Shown piece after piece: positions 26,610-34,699 of a stretch of 37,086 nucleotides of DNA. Under the pieces are notes generated by a model. That model ran no database searches. It saw nothing but the letters and a program-made list of their open reading frames with translations, and had not been told where the DNA came from. Position 1 is the stretch's first letter; every line of letters begins with the position of its first letter. This DNA comes from a virus (lineage: Duplodnaviria; Heunggongvirae; Uroviricota; Caudoviricetes), in IMG/VR virus record IMGVR_UViG_2671180770_000020, positions 1 to 37,086 of that record; one strand, 5' to 3'. Position numbers and translations under genes: made by a program.

Positions 26610-29084
26610 ATGAGACAGGAATGTATACAAGCGGTCCAGCAGGCGGCGCAGCGCACGTTAACGGCGCGAGAAATACAGAACATTGAAGACCGCATTTATC
26701 GAAATATGCGCTCCATTGCTCGTGATGACCCGATGTCGTGGAGACAACTTTCCGAATCAGAGCGGCTATATCGTGCAGCACAATTGGCATCTGAAGAATT
26801 ACAGCGAGAAGCGGCATTAAAGAAACGTCGTGTGGCCCTCACTATAGCCGCACGTCAGAGATTGGATAAATTTATCAATAGCTATCAAGGGGCTGATGGG
26901 AAACTCGGCGCTCTTAACCGTACTATTGCTTTTAATGCAGACGGTAAATCGAATTTCCTCTCTGTTGAGTCCAGAACAAAAGCCACTCGTGATTATGCAT
27001 TGAGTCAATTGCAAGAGGCATTTGAAGCAGTTGATCCTCGCTTTTTTGGCCTGTTTGAAGATGAAGCTGGCGTGCGTGACCTAGTATATGAAATGCGAGG
27101 GCAAAATACTGGCAATGCTAAAGCAAGAAAAGGTGCTAAGGCGTGGAGAGAAGTGACAGATCTACTGCGCCGCCGGTTTAATGATGCTGGTGGGGACATT
27201 GGCTATCTCGAAAACTGGGGGATCCCTCAACATCATTCTATGGAAAAGGTTGGGGCGGTATCAAAGGATAAGTGGGTTAGCGATGTTATAGGTAAGCTGG
27301 ATCGCAAATATTATATCCGAGCCGATGGACAACTGATGAATGATGCCGAGTTGTCTGCATTTCTTGGAGAGGCTTATAACACGATCGCTACTGGTGGGCT
27401 GAATAAGCTTACTGATACCGGAATGCGAATTTCCAGCGCACGTGCTAACCGTGGTAATGCATCACGACAGATACATTTCAAAGATGCAGATTCCTATCTG
27501 CAATATCAGCAACTTTATGGCGATCGCTCTCTATGGGAAATCATGGTCGGTCACCTGGAAGGTATCAGTAAAGATATTGCACTGGTGGAAACATATGGCC
27601 CAAACCCCGATCATGTTTTCCGCTCTCTTCTTGATCAGGTGAAGGCAGAAACGGCAACAGCTAACCCGAGTAAAACCGGTAAAGTCGAGCGGCTGGCGAA
27701 CAACACAGAGAATCTGTACAACTTTATTTCCGGAAAGACACAGCCTGTAGCGAATCCGCACATCGCGCGATGGTCTGACAATATCCGCAACTGGCTGGTT
27801 GCCAGCAGACTCGGATCCGCGTTGCTATCATCGTTCTCTGATCTTGGAACCATGTATCTGTCTGCGAAGGTGACCAACCTTCCAATGAACCAGTTATTCC
27901 GCAACCAGCTTGAAGCTATGGACCCAACGAACCGTACTGAGCTTGCGCGGGCGCGCCGCGCTGGTCTGGCGATGGAATCTCTACTTGGCAGCGTTAACCG
28001 CTGGGCGATGGATAATATGGGGCCGTCTGTGTCTCGTTGGGCGGCAACGGCGGTAATGCGTGCCAGTGGACTTACAGCATGGTCAGATGCGCACAAGCGC
28101 GCCTATGGCGTAACAATGATGGGAAGCCTGGGAGAAGTAGTGTCACGGACACCAGACCTTCGTAGCCTCGATGGCTCTGATTTTCGTATCCTGAAAAGCA
28201 AAGGGATTACTGAAACAGACTGGAGCGTATGGAAGCTGGCGCAACAGGAGGACTGGGGGAACGGCAATAATACGATGCTGACACCGGAAAGCATTATGCG
28301 TATCCCTGATTCAGCAGTTAAACATCTTGGTGAGCCTGAACGTGTGAAATTTGAGGCAATGCGTAAACTGCTCGGTGCCGTAACTGAAGAAGTTGATATG
28401 GCTGTTATTACACCTGGCGCACGTGAACAGATGTTCGTAGGGTCTGGTCTTCAGCGTGGAACATGGAAAGGTGAATTAACGAGAAGTGTTTTCCTGTTTA
28501 AATCGTTCCCTATCTCGGTTGTTATGCGTCACTGGTCACGCGCTATGGGTATGCCGTCTGCTGGTGGGCGTGCGGCATATATTGCGACGTTTATTGCCAG
28601 TACGACCATTCTTGGCGCTTTGTCGCAGCAACTTAACGACCTTGCGTCTGGTCGTAATTCTCGAGAGATGACAGGAGAAGGTGCCGCAAAATTCTGGCTT
28701 GGTGCTCTACTGAAAGGTGGTGGCCTTGGCCTTTACGGTGACTTTTTATTGTCAGATCACACTAGGTACGGAAGCGGCGCGCTGGCGTCGATGCTTGGCC
28801 CGGTAGCTGGTCTGGTTGATGACGTAGTGAAGATTGCTCAGGGCATACCGTTAAATGCTGTGGAAGGGAAGAGTGAGCAGACTGGTGGTGATCTGGTGAA
28901 GCTGGGGAAAGGTTTGATGCCAGGTGCGAATCTCTGGTACTTAAAGGCGGCTCTCGATCATATGATCTTTAACCAGATGCAGGAGTATTTTTCACCAGGC
29001 TATTTGCGTAAAATGGAGCAACGTTCGAAGAAAGAGTTTAATCAGACATACTGGTGGCGACCTCAGGATGTCACTCCGCAATAA
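26610..29084 (+). CDS. Large virion protein (824 aa; putative internal/ejection protein)
   Basis: Last large gene of the late operon; Gly-rich hydrophobic segment near the C-terminus (...LGALLKGGGLGLYGDFLL...). Confidence 0.45.
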   Translation: MRQECIQAVQQAAQRTLTAREIQNIEDRIYRNMRSIARDDPMSWRQLSESERLYRAAQLASEELQREAALKKRRVALTIAARQRLDKFINSYQGADGKLGALNRTIAFNADGKSNFLSVESRTKATRDYALSQLQEAFEAVDPRFFGLFEDEAGVRDLVYEMRGQNTGNAKARKGAKAWREVTDLLRRRFNDAGGDIGYLENWGIPQHHSMEKVGAVSKDKWVSDVIGKLDRKYYIRADGQLMNDAELSAFLGEAYNTIATGGLNKLTDTGMRISSARANRGNASRQIHFKDADSYLQYQQLYGDRSLWEIMVGHLEGISKDIALVETYGPNPDHVFRSLLDQVKAETATANPSKTGKVERLANNTENLYNFISGKTQPVANPHIARWSDNIRNWLVASRLGSALLSSFSDLGTMYLSAKVTNLPMNQLFRNQLEAMDPTNRTELARARRAGLAMESLLGSVNRWAMDNMGPSVSRWAATAVMRASGLTAWSDAHKRAYGVTMMGSLGEVVSRTPDLRSLDGSDFRILKSKGITETDWSVWKLAQQEDWGNGNNTMLTPESIMRIPDSAVKHLGEPERVKFEAMRKLLGAVTEEVDMAVITPGAREQMFVGSGLQRGTWKGELTRSVFLFKSFPISVVMRHWSRAMGMPSAGGRAAYIATFIASTTILGALSQQLNDLASGRNSREMTGEGAAKFWLGALLKGGGLGLYGDFLLSDHTRYGSGALASMLGPVAGLVDDVVKIAQGIPLNAVEGKSEQTGGDLVKLGKGLMPGANLWYLKAALDHMIFNQMQEYFSPGYLRKMEQRSKKEFNQTYWWRPQDVTPQ

Positions 29085-29093
29085 GGAAGTGTT

Positions 29094-29267
29094 GTGTTTT
29101 TAATTATTTTGAGTGTGATAATTTCTGGTGGGTTGTTATTTATTGACCGCTACAAATATTTTCTTAACCCTCAGACTCAAGCTATTTGCTGGTTCATCTT
29201 TGTTGTGCAGGGAATAGTTCTTGTTGCAAGCCTTATTGAGGGGAGGCCTCTGATTTTTACTGGGTAA
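29094..29267 (+). CDS. Small hydrophobic protein (57 aa)
   Basis: Hand-translated from GTG 29094 (AAGGAAG upstream): VFLIILSVIISGGLLFIDRYKYFLNPQTQAICWFIFVVQGIVLVASLIEGRPLIFTG; missing from the ORF track because it is short. Confidence 0.3.
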   Translation: MFLIILSVIISGGLLFIDRYKYFLNPQTQAICWFIFVVQGIVLVASLIEGRPLIFTG

Positions 29268-29279
29268 ATAGGTGACTAC

Positions 29280-29576
29280 ATGCAAGCGATAGGATTCATT
29301 GTTTATATCGTCGTTGGCCTTTTTCAGTTGGCAGCAATTATGGCTGGGCTTGAATCATGGTGGGGATTGCACTGGATAATTGCAGCCCCCATTGCTTTCA
29401 TCGTGAGCTATATTCCATTTGTTGGAGCGATTGTTGGTATGGTTGGCGCTGTGGATGTATGGCGGTGGGAGTGGTGGCAGGCTGGCCTTCTCTTCTTTGG
29501 TGGGATCATCTTTGCTATTGTCTGCGGTGGAATGTCATCATTTTTCGAACGGCTATCATTCAGAAAAGGAACGTGA
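29280..29576 (+). CDS. Integral membrane protein (98 aa, about 3-4 predicted TM helices)
   Basis: AGGTGA upstream of ATG 29280; strongly hydrophobic with Trp-rich loops; followed by a terminator. Confidence 0.5.
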   Translation: MQAIGFIVYIVVGLFQLAAIMAGLESWWGLHWIIAAPIAFIVSYIPFVGAIVGMVGAVDVWRWEWWQAGLLFFGGIIFAIVCGGMSSFFERLSFRKGT

Positions 29577-29585
29577 CATGTCACA

Positions 29586-29609
29586 GGCCGCTTTCGCGGC
29601 CTTGTTTTT
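29586..29609 (+). terminator. Intrinsic terminator after the membrane-protein gene
   Basis: GGCCGC-tttc-GCGGCC followed by TTGTTTTT. Confidence 0.55.
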
Positions 29610-29648
29610 AACGAATGCCACCGCCGCCCGGGCGGGAATCCGCAGACA

Positions 29649-29671
29649 CAAAAAAGCCCGCGTCGCGGGCT
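29649..29671 (-). terminator. Intrinsic terminator after the minus-strand gene 29679-30314
   Basis: Minus strand AGCCCGC-gac-GCGGGCT followed by TTTTTT (A-run 29650-29655 on plus). Confidence 0.55.
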
Positions 29672-29678
29672 TAACGAA

Positions 29679-30314
29679 TTATTCTATTGGCAGCTTATGC
29701 TTTGAAATTATGGCCAATCTGTTTTGGAAGTTTTCCGCATCACCCCACAACCAGGTTTCACCTTTCTCAAGCTCTTCCTCGTTATTCATCTCTATCAGTT
29801 CGCATGTCATCATGTCGTAACCATAGAGGTGGAGGCCAAGTTCCAGTGCGTCATACATGCGAGCCTGCCAGAACGACATGCCTTCATGAGTCTGGTTGCG
29901 ATCAGACACGATGATATCGTACCGTTCCAAGAGGTAGTTCATGAAGATGATGCCGGCGAAATCATGAAGCACAGCACGATGCTTAGGCTTCTGGGTTCTC
30001 CATACCAATATCTGCGTGACAGGTCGGCAGTTAAGATAGCTGTCAGGCTGGATAATGACACGATTGTAATACACAACCTCTTCGGTGAGGTCATTTATCA
30101 GTGCCAGTTCAAAGTGCGCCTGTGGAATCTCGCCTTTCTTACGATCGTCTACACGGACAACGCGGTATCCAGGAGCCAGAGAAACGCCTTTGACATCAGA
30201 TGTGACATCGTTGCCGTTCACTAACTCTGAATACAGGGCGCGGTTGTCTGGAGTTTCGTTCAGATGAGCGAAAACCTCAGTTACCTTTGCCGGATTCAGC
30301 AGTTGTTGTGGCAT
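29679..30314 (-). CDS. Hypothetical cytoplasmic protein (211 aa) in the accessory island
   Basis: ATG 30314 with GAGGTGA upstream; no recognisable motif. Confidence 0.5.
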   Translation of the reverse strand: MPQQLLNPAKVTEVFAHLNETPDNRALYSELVNGNDVTSDVKGVSLAPGYRVVRVDDRKKGEIPQAHFELALINDLTEEVVYYNRVIIQPDSYLNCRPVTQILVWRTQKPKHRAVLHDFAGIIFMNYLLERYDIIVSDRNQTHEGMSFWQARMYDALELGLHLYGYDMMTCELIEMNNEEELEKGETWLWGDAENFQNRLAIISKHKLPIE

Positions 30315-30352
30315 ACATCACCTCATAATATAGAAACTTCATTAAACGGGAT

Positions 30353-30367
30353 TTACCCGTAAGGTAA
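30353..30367. promoter_or_regulatory. Perfect palindrome TTACCcgtaaGGTAA (identical 15-mer to the 3361-3375 copy)
   Basis: Between the antirepressor stop (with a downstream hairpin at 30409-30424) and the start of gene 29679-30314. Confidence 0.5.
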
Positions 30368-30432
30368 TAGTACGCTATTCACCTGCAATCTGTACAGAAT
30401 TATTTAAAGGCACATCCCTGTGCCGCCGCCCG

Positions 30433-31083
30433 TCAGAAGAACCCTGCCTTGTCGTTGATGTATTCCGCGTGAGTCTGGATATCACGCAGGCATTTGCTCA
30501 CACCGACGATGTAGCAGAACATGGTGGTCAGCTCCGCCGCCGCGCCCGATACATCGTGCCCGTCTTCCTGTAACTGGTTCAGCAGATTCATCAGCAGTGA
30601 GTTCTCCGTCAGGCCGAGAACACCAGATGGGGAATGAATCAGACTGCGGTAGCCGGGCTTCAGCGGTGCACTGTATTCTTTTTTGTCTTCCAGCTTGATC
30701 GCCTCCATAATGGCTGGCATGAAGCCTGACAAGACCTTCTCCACTTTTGTTTCTTGTTGTCTTAAACGTTTCTCGCATTCAATGAAGTAGCGTCGCACCT
30801 GGCGACCTTTTTCGTTACGCTCGACCATCGCCAGCTCTTTGGCTGTATCGAGGGTGAGGTGGTAGTCTTTTGCAGGACGGCCTCTGCCTATTTTTTCCCG
30901 AACTTGGGAAATAATCATAAAGTCTTGATTTTCAACGAAACCATATTCAGCAATTCGTTCGACAATCCACGAAGCAAATCGCTTACCCACATCGAGGAAA
31001 GTGTGTAAATCACGGGCATTAACGAGAAGAGCGGTTTCGTTGGATATAGTGCCGTTGAATACGGGGATGAGTTGAGCGTTCAT
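30433..31083 (-). CDS. Antirepressor (AntA-type N-terminal domain)
   Basis: 216 aa; N-terminal ...LIPVFNGT...NARDLHTFLDVGKRFASWIVERIAEYGFVENQDFMI... matches the remembered AntA/AntB antirepressor domain; GGAG upstream of ATG 31083. Confidence 0.7.
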   Translation of the reverse strand: MNAQLIPVFNGTISNETALLVNARDLHTFLDVGKRFASWIVERIAEYGFVENQDFMIISQVREKIGRGRPAKDYHLTLDTAKELAMVERNEKGRQVRRYFIECEKRLRQQETKVEKVLSGFMPAIMEAIKLEDKKEYSAPLKPGYRSLIHSPSGVLGLTENSLLMNLLNQLQEDGHDVSGAAAELTTMFCYIVGVSKCLRDIQTHAEYINDKAGFF

Positions 31084-31240
31084 TATGGCGTCTCCACTTA
31101 GCGAATTACATCACCACCGCTGAGACCAATCAGATGGTGGTGAACTGAACGGAGTTGGTCTTACCGGCCTAAGTGGTACCGGCGTCCTTTCGGACCCCCA
31201 TTCAGCCCACCATAATTCTGGCATGACTGTGCTATACGCA

Positions 31241-31263
31241 TAAAAAAACCACGTCTGGCGTGG
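31241..31263 (-). terminator. Intrinsic terminator between the small Ant-like gene and the antirepressor gene
   Basis: Minus strand CCACG-ccaga-CGTGG followed by TTTTTTTAT. Confidence 0.45.
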
Positions 31264-31354
31264 TATGCGCCACTTAGTAATCCGGGAGACCAATCCCGGC
31301 ACTGGATTTTGCCAGTGCCCGATTACTATGGCACAAGAGGAGTGCGATGTAAAT

Positions 31355-31369
31355 TTACCGCAAAGGTAA
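31355..31369. promoter_or_regulatory. Perfect palindrome TTACCgcaaaGGTAA in the leader upstream of the antirepressor gene
   Basis: Followed by the near-palindrome GGTAATTACA at about 31389-31398. Confidence 0.45.
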
Positions 31370-31400
31370 ATATAAGCACTCCGCTTGGTAATTACAAACC

Positions 31401-31658
31401 TTATCTGGTTTGTTTTCGTAATTGTTCGGCACAATAGTCGAGATGTGTTTGCAGATCCTGCATAGACATCTGTGAGCTGGTGACGTAGTTAATCAGTGCA
31501 GTCAGTTCGGCAAGTGGGCCATCGACATTAAATCCATCCTTATCGAGATCCCGGAGTAATTTCATCAAGTGCGATCCCTCCACCAGTGACCTGACGCCTC
31601 CCGGCGTGTGAATCCTTTCGGTAAATCCCTCTTCCAGTGGATAGTGATACTGCTGCAT
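31401..31658 (-). CDS. Small protein (85 aa) paralogous to the C-terminal domain of the adjacent antirepressor; LexA-box-associated
   Basis: MQQYHYPLEEGFTERIHTPGGVRSLVEGSHLMKLLRDLDKDGFNVDGPLAELTALINY...DLQTHLDY aligns by eye with antirepressor residues about 130-205 (...YSAPLKPGYRSLIHSPSGVLGLTENSLLMNLLNQLQEDGHDVSGAAAELTTMF...DIQTHAEY); GGAGAAG upstream of ATG 31658. Confidence 0.6.
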   Translation of the reverse strand: MQQYHYPLEEGFTERIHTPGGVRSLVEGSHLMKLLRDLDKDGFNVDGPLAELTALINYVTSSQMSMQDLQTHLDYCAEQLRKQTR

Positions 31659-31679
31659 CTTATCTTCTCCATGCAATAA

Positions 31680-31695
31680 CTGTATAAATATACAG
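31680..31695. promoter_or_regulatory. LexA (SOS) box CTGT-N8-ACAG
   Basis: aaCTGTATAAATATACAGta at 31678-31697, a near-consensus match to TACTGTATATATATACAGTA, 22-37 nt upstream of the small Ant-like gene start on the transcribed side. Confidence 0.7.
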
Positions 31696-31734
31696 TAGCA
31701 AATAATTTGTTTGCTATCCAGCACGTTTTGCGAA

Positions 31735-31749
31735 TCACCTGAAAGGTAA
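31735..31749. promoter_or_regulatory. Near-perfect palindrome copy (tCACCtgaaaGGTAA) upstream of the LexA box
   Basis: About 40 bp beyond the LexA box in the divergent intergenic region shared with the tail fiber gene. Confidence 0.4.
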
Positions 31750-31853
31750 TATCTGTTCGTATTTATGGGTTATCTATCCATATATGGTTTTTAAGGTAAT
31801 AGAATAACCGGATATGCGGCGCAACGGGTGCTGCGACTATCTGGAGATTTAAC

Positions 31854-33848
31854 ATGACGGTCTCAACCGAAGTTGACCACAACGAATATACAGGTAACGG
31901 TGTTACAACTACGTTCCCTTATACCTTTAGGATTTTCCAGAAATCTGATCTGGTGGTGCAGGTGATTGACCTTGACGAGAATATCACTGTGCTGGCTCTT
32001 GATACTGATTACGCAGTCACTGGTGCGGGAGGCTATAGAGGCGGTAATATAATACTGTCGAAGGCATTGGCCAACGGTTATCAGATCTCTATATCACGAG
32101 AGCTCCCGGTTACTCAGGAAACAGATCTGCGTAATCAGGGTAAATTCTTTGCAGAGGTGCATGAGGATGCGTTTGATAAGCTAACGATGCTGATTCAACA
32201 ATGTCGTAGCTTGTTTCGTCTTGCACTTTGCAAGCCATCAAGTATTGCAAACTGGTACGACGCTTTAAATAACAGGATTAGAAATCTTAAAGATCCAGAA
32301 AGCCCTCAGGATGCAGTAACTTTAAGTTATCTTGAAGGGTATATAGAAGGTGGTGATAGTACTTTGCGTCCAGATATTACAAGAACTGGAGCTGTAGGGA
32401 ATAATATACAGCAAGCCATAAACTTATCTATAGCCGGTCAAACTGTAATTACGATGAAAGATGATGAAATTGTATCTTCATTGTTAAATGAATATGGTGT
32501 TGAAATTGAGCAACGCAGGGGGCGTGTATTTAATACAGAAGGTGTTCAACTAACAACGTATTCTGACCCTCGTTCCCGTTTTGTAACTGGTGACCAATAT
32601 CTTAATTATGTTATTAGCAAGATGATAAAAGCAGATGGCGTGGATAAATCACAGAAAACATATATTTTGTGGTCTGGTGACTCCACGATTGTTGGTGTTA
32701 ACTCTGAATTATGGCCACCAGCAACTATTGCTGATTTTTATGCAAAAAGGTATGGAATTATTGATGTAAAAAATACATCGTTAGGTCATTCAGGTAAAAC
32801 TCTATACGAATGGGGTAATTGGTATATTGATCAGGAATGGTCTGTTTTTTCTGCTGCTGATTTGATTGTTTTACGCTGGGGAATTAACGATCCATATTAT
32901 GGTTATACATTGGATCAAGTAAAAGACGCATTAGATAGAGGCCTTTCCAAGTTACGAAATAACAAATCAGTTTCCCAGCAATCAATTATTATCATGTCCC
33001 CAAACTCAACATCAGACACACCAAACGGACGTGATGAAAAATGGTATGAACAGTTAACAGCCGTACTTAGAGCCAAAGCAAAACAATATAAGTGTATGTT
33101 TTTTGATACTTACGGTATGTGGCAGGATTCGCGAGGATCTGCTGGTAACTGGCTTGACGACCCTTATGGCGATGGCAGGGGAATACACCCAAACTCAACA
33201 TTTAGCGCACAGATACATAAATTATTATTTGAATATATTTATGGACCGTGTGCTGTTATAAATGGGAGTAGCAACCTTTTTTCTAACAATGGTTCTTCCA
33301 TACAATTCATCAATAGCTCATATCCGCCAAATACTTTTCACATGGGGACTTCATGGTGGAGAACAAACCCTGATGATGCTTCTTGGCCTCTTGACGGTGT
33401 TATTCAGGTTGATAGATTTGTTGACGGAATAGTAGTACAAAAAAATTATGGTTATTCTTCAGATAATGCTCGCGTTTGCTTAATGAGGATTGGAAGGATT
33501 AGTGAGAATACATGGAGTACATGGCGAGGTAATCAGTATGATATGAGTGGCATATTGCAAAATGGTTGGTCTGTAGGTGAGGCAAGAAGTGGAACATATC
33601 AGAAATCAGCCGAGGGCGTTGTTACTTTATCTGCTGTTTTAACAGGTGGAAATACATCTGTTGGCACAGTTATTATGGTATTGCCAGAAGGGTTTAGACC
33701 AAAGAATGATATTTCTTATATTCCATCAGGTACTGATTCATCGGTTGCCCTCATTAATATACTTTCAAACGGTAAAGTTACAATTCAGAGCTATCCGTCA
33801 GGAACAGTTCTTGTAATTAATACGACATTCCCTTCATTAGTTAATTAG
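31854..33848 (+). CDS. Tail fiber/tailspike with C-terminal SGNH/GDSL-type esterase domain
   Basis: 664 aa; N-terminal virion-anchoring-like segment (MTVSTEVDHNEYTGNGVTTTFPYTF...); GDS(L)-like motif ...ILWSGDSTIVG... and downstream ...DGRGIHPN... (Asp/His catalytic-type motif); C-terminal two-thirds is clearly more AT-rich than the N-terminus. Confidence 0.7.
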   Translation: MTVSTEVDHNEYTGNGVTTTFPYTFRIFQKSDLVVQVIDLDENITVLALDTDYAVTGAGGYRGGNIILSKALANGYQISISRELPVTQETDLRNQGKFFAEVHEDAFDKLTMLIQQCRSLFRLALCKPSSIANWYDALNNRIRNLKDPESPQDAVTLSYLEGYIEGGDSTLRPDITRTGAVGNNIQQAINLSIAGQTVITMKDDEIVSSLLNEYGVEIEQRRGRVFNTEGVQLTTYSDPRSRFVTGDQYLNYVISKMIKADGVDKSQKTYILWSGDSTIVGVNSELWPPATIADFYAKRYGIIDVKNTSLGHSGKTLYEWGNWYIDQEWSVFSAADLIVLRWGINDPYYGYTLDQVKDALDRGLSKLRNNKSVSQQSIIIMSPNSTSDTPNGRDEKWYEQLTAVLRAKAKQYKCMFFDTYGMWQDSRGSAGNWLDDPYGDGRGIHPNSTFSAQIHKLLFEYIYGPCAVINGSSNLFSNNGSSIQFINSSYPPNTFHMGTSWWRTNPDDASWPLDGVIQVDRFVDGIVVQKNYGYSSDNARVCLMRIGRISENTWSTWRGNQYDMSGILQNGWSVGEARSGTYQKSAEGVVTLSAVLTGGNTSVGTVIMVLPEGFRPKNDISYIPSGTDSSVALINILSNGKVTIQSYPSGTVLVINTTFPSLVN

Positions 33849-33999
33849 TTGTTTTTAGATTGCGACTAAAAATCGCAATCTAAAAAACACAAATGATGAT
33901 TTTGTTGTTTACTTATAACATAATAATTCATATATGGTTTGGTTTTGATGGTGTTCTACCAGAAACTGGAGATTTGATGAATGTTAAATGGTGGTTGAT

Positions 34000-34404
34000 A
34001 TGTCATTTCAAATAACTAATGATCATGTAAATCAGTATCTTACTGTTGGTTCTCTTGCTGCGGTTATTGGTGGGACTCCACCTGAAGTTGCTTTGGGTTC
34101 ACTTGCCGGAGCTGTGATTTTTGTTACCTCTGCTATCGAGTATCCAATCCGTCGTCGTGTTCTTCTGTCAGTGCTCAGCTTTATTTGCGGCCTTCTCTTT
34201 TACAAACCAGCAGCATCAATTCTTATTGGCATAGCCAGCCTGATCCCTACCATCACACAGGACTCTTTTGAGAAAGGGATTGTTTTCTCTGCTGGCGCAT
34301 TCGTGTCAGCAATTGTCGCTGTGCGTATTGGTATCTGGCTCTATCACCGTTCCGATAATCCACGCGAATTAATGCCGGGGAGAAAAGACGATGGTAACGC
34401 ATGA
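34000..34404 (+). CDS. Holin-like membrane protein
   Basis: 134 aa from ATG 34000 (GGTGG upstream); multiple TM segments; first gene of the lysis cassette. Confidence 0.5.
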   Translation: MSFQITNDHVNQYLTVGSLAAVIGGTPPEVALGSLAGAVIFVTSAIEYPIRRRVLLSVLSFICGLLFYKPAASILIGIASLIPTITQDSFEKGIVFSAGAFVSAIVAVRIGIWLYHRSDNPRELMPGRKDDGNA

Positions 34405-34699
34405 GCTTTTTTTACTTATCACCAATGCGGTTATTTGTACTGGCATAGCAATTCGCGTTGTCACTTTCCAGCGTAACGGATCTCAACATCGAAGATGGGG
34501 TGGGTGGATTGCTTATTTCCTGATTGTTGCTGCTGCGAGTATTCCAGTTCGTGTCGTTTATGCAATCTGGTTACGCACGCCAATGGCTGTGGATTTATCT
34601 GAGGTCATTATCAACGCTGTCATGCTTGCTGCGGTTCTTAAAACTCGCGGTAACGTCGTTCAGATTTTCAAAATAACGAGGTCTAAATATGGAGATTAA
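34391..34699 (+). CDS. Second small membrane protein (holin/antiholin-like)
   Basis: 102 aa, about 3 TM helices, overlapping its neighbours on both sides. Confidence 0.45.
   Translation: MVTHELFLLITNAVICTGIAIRVVTFQRNGSQHRRWGGWIAYFLIVAAASIPVRVVYAIWLRTPMAVDLSEVIINAVMLAAVLKTRGNVVQIFKITRSKYGD

Noticed and set aside
31111-31434. 107-aa minus-strand ORF in the antirepressor leader
   Set aside because: Overlaps a terminator and dyad repeats, has no ribosome-binding site and gives a Trp/Pro/Arg-rich low-complexity product; the region is better explained as structured non-coding leader.
31659-31724. N-terminal extension of the small Ant-like gene (GTG 31724, MLDSKQIICYCIF...)
   Set aside because: Would place the LexA box inside the coding sequence; ATG 31658 has a strong GGAGAAG ribosome-binding site and leaves the SOS box in the promoter.
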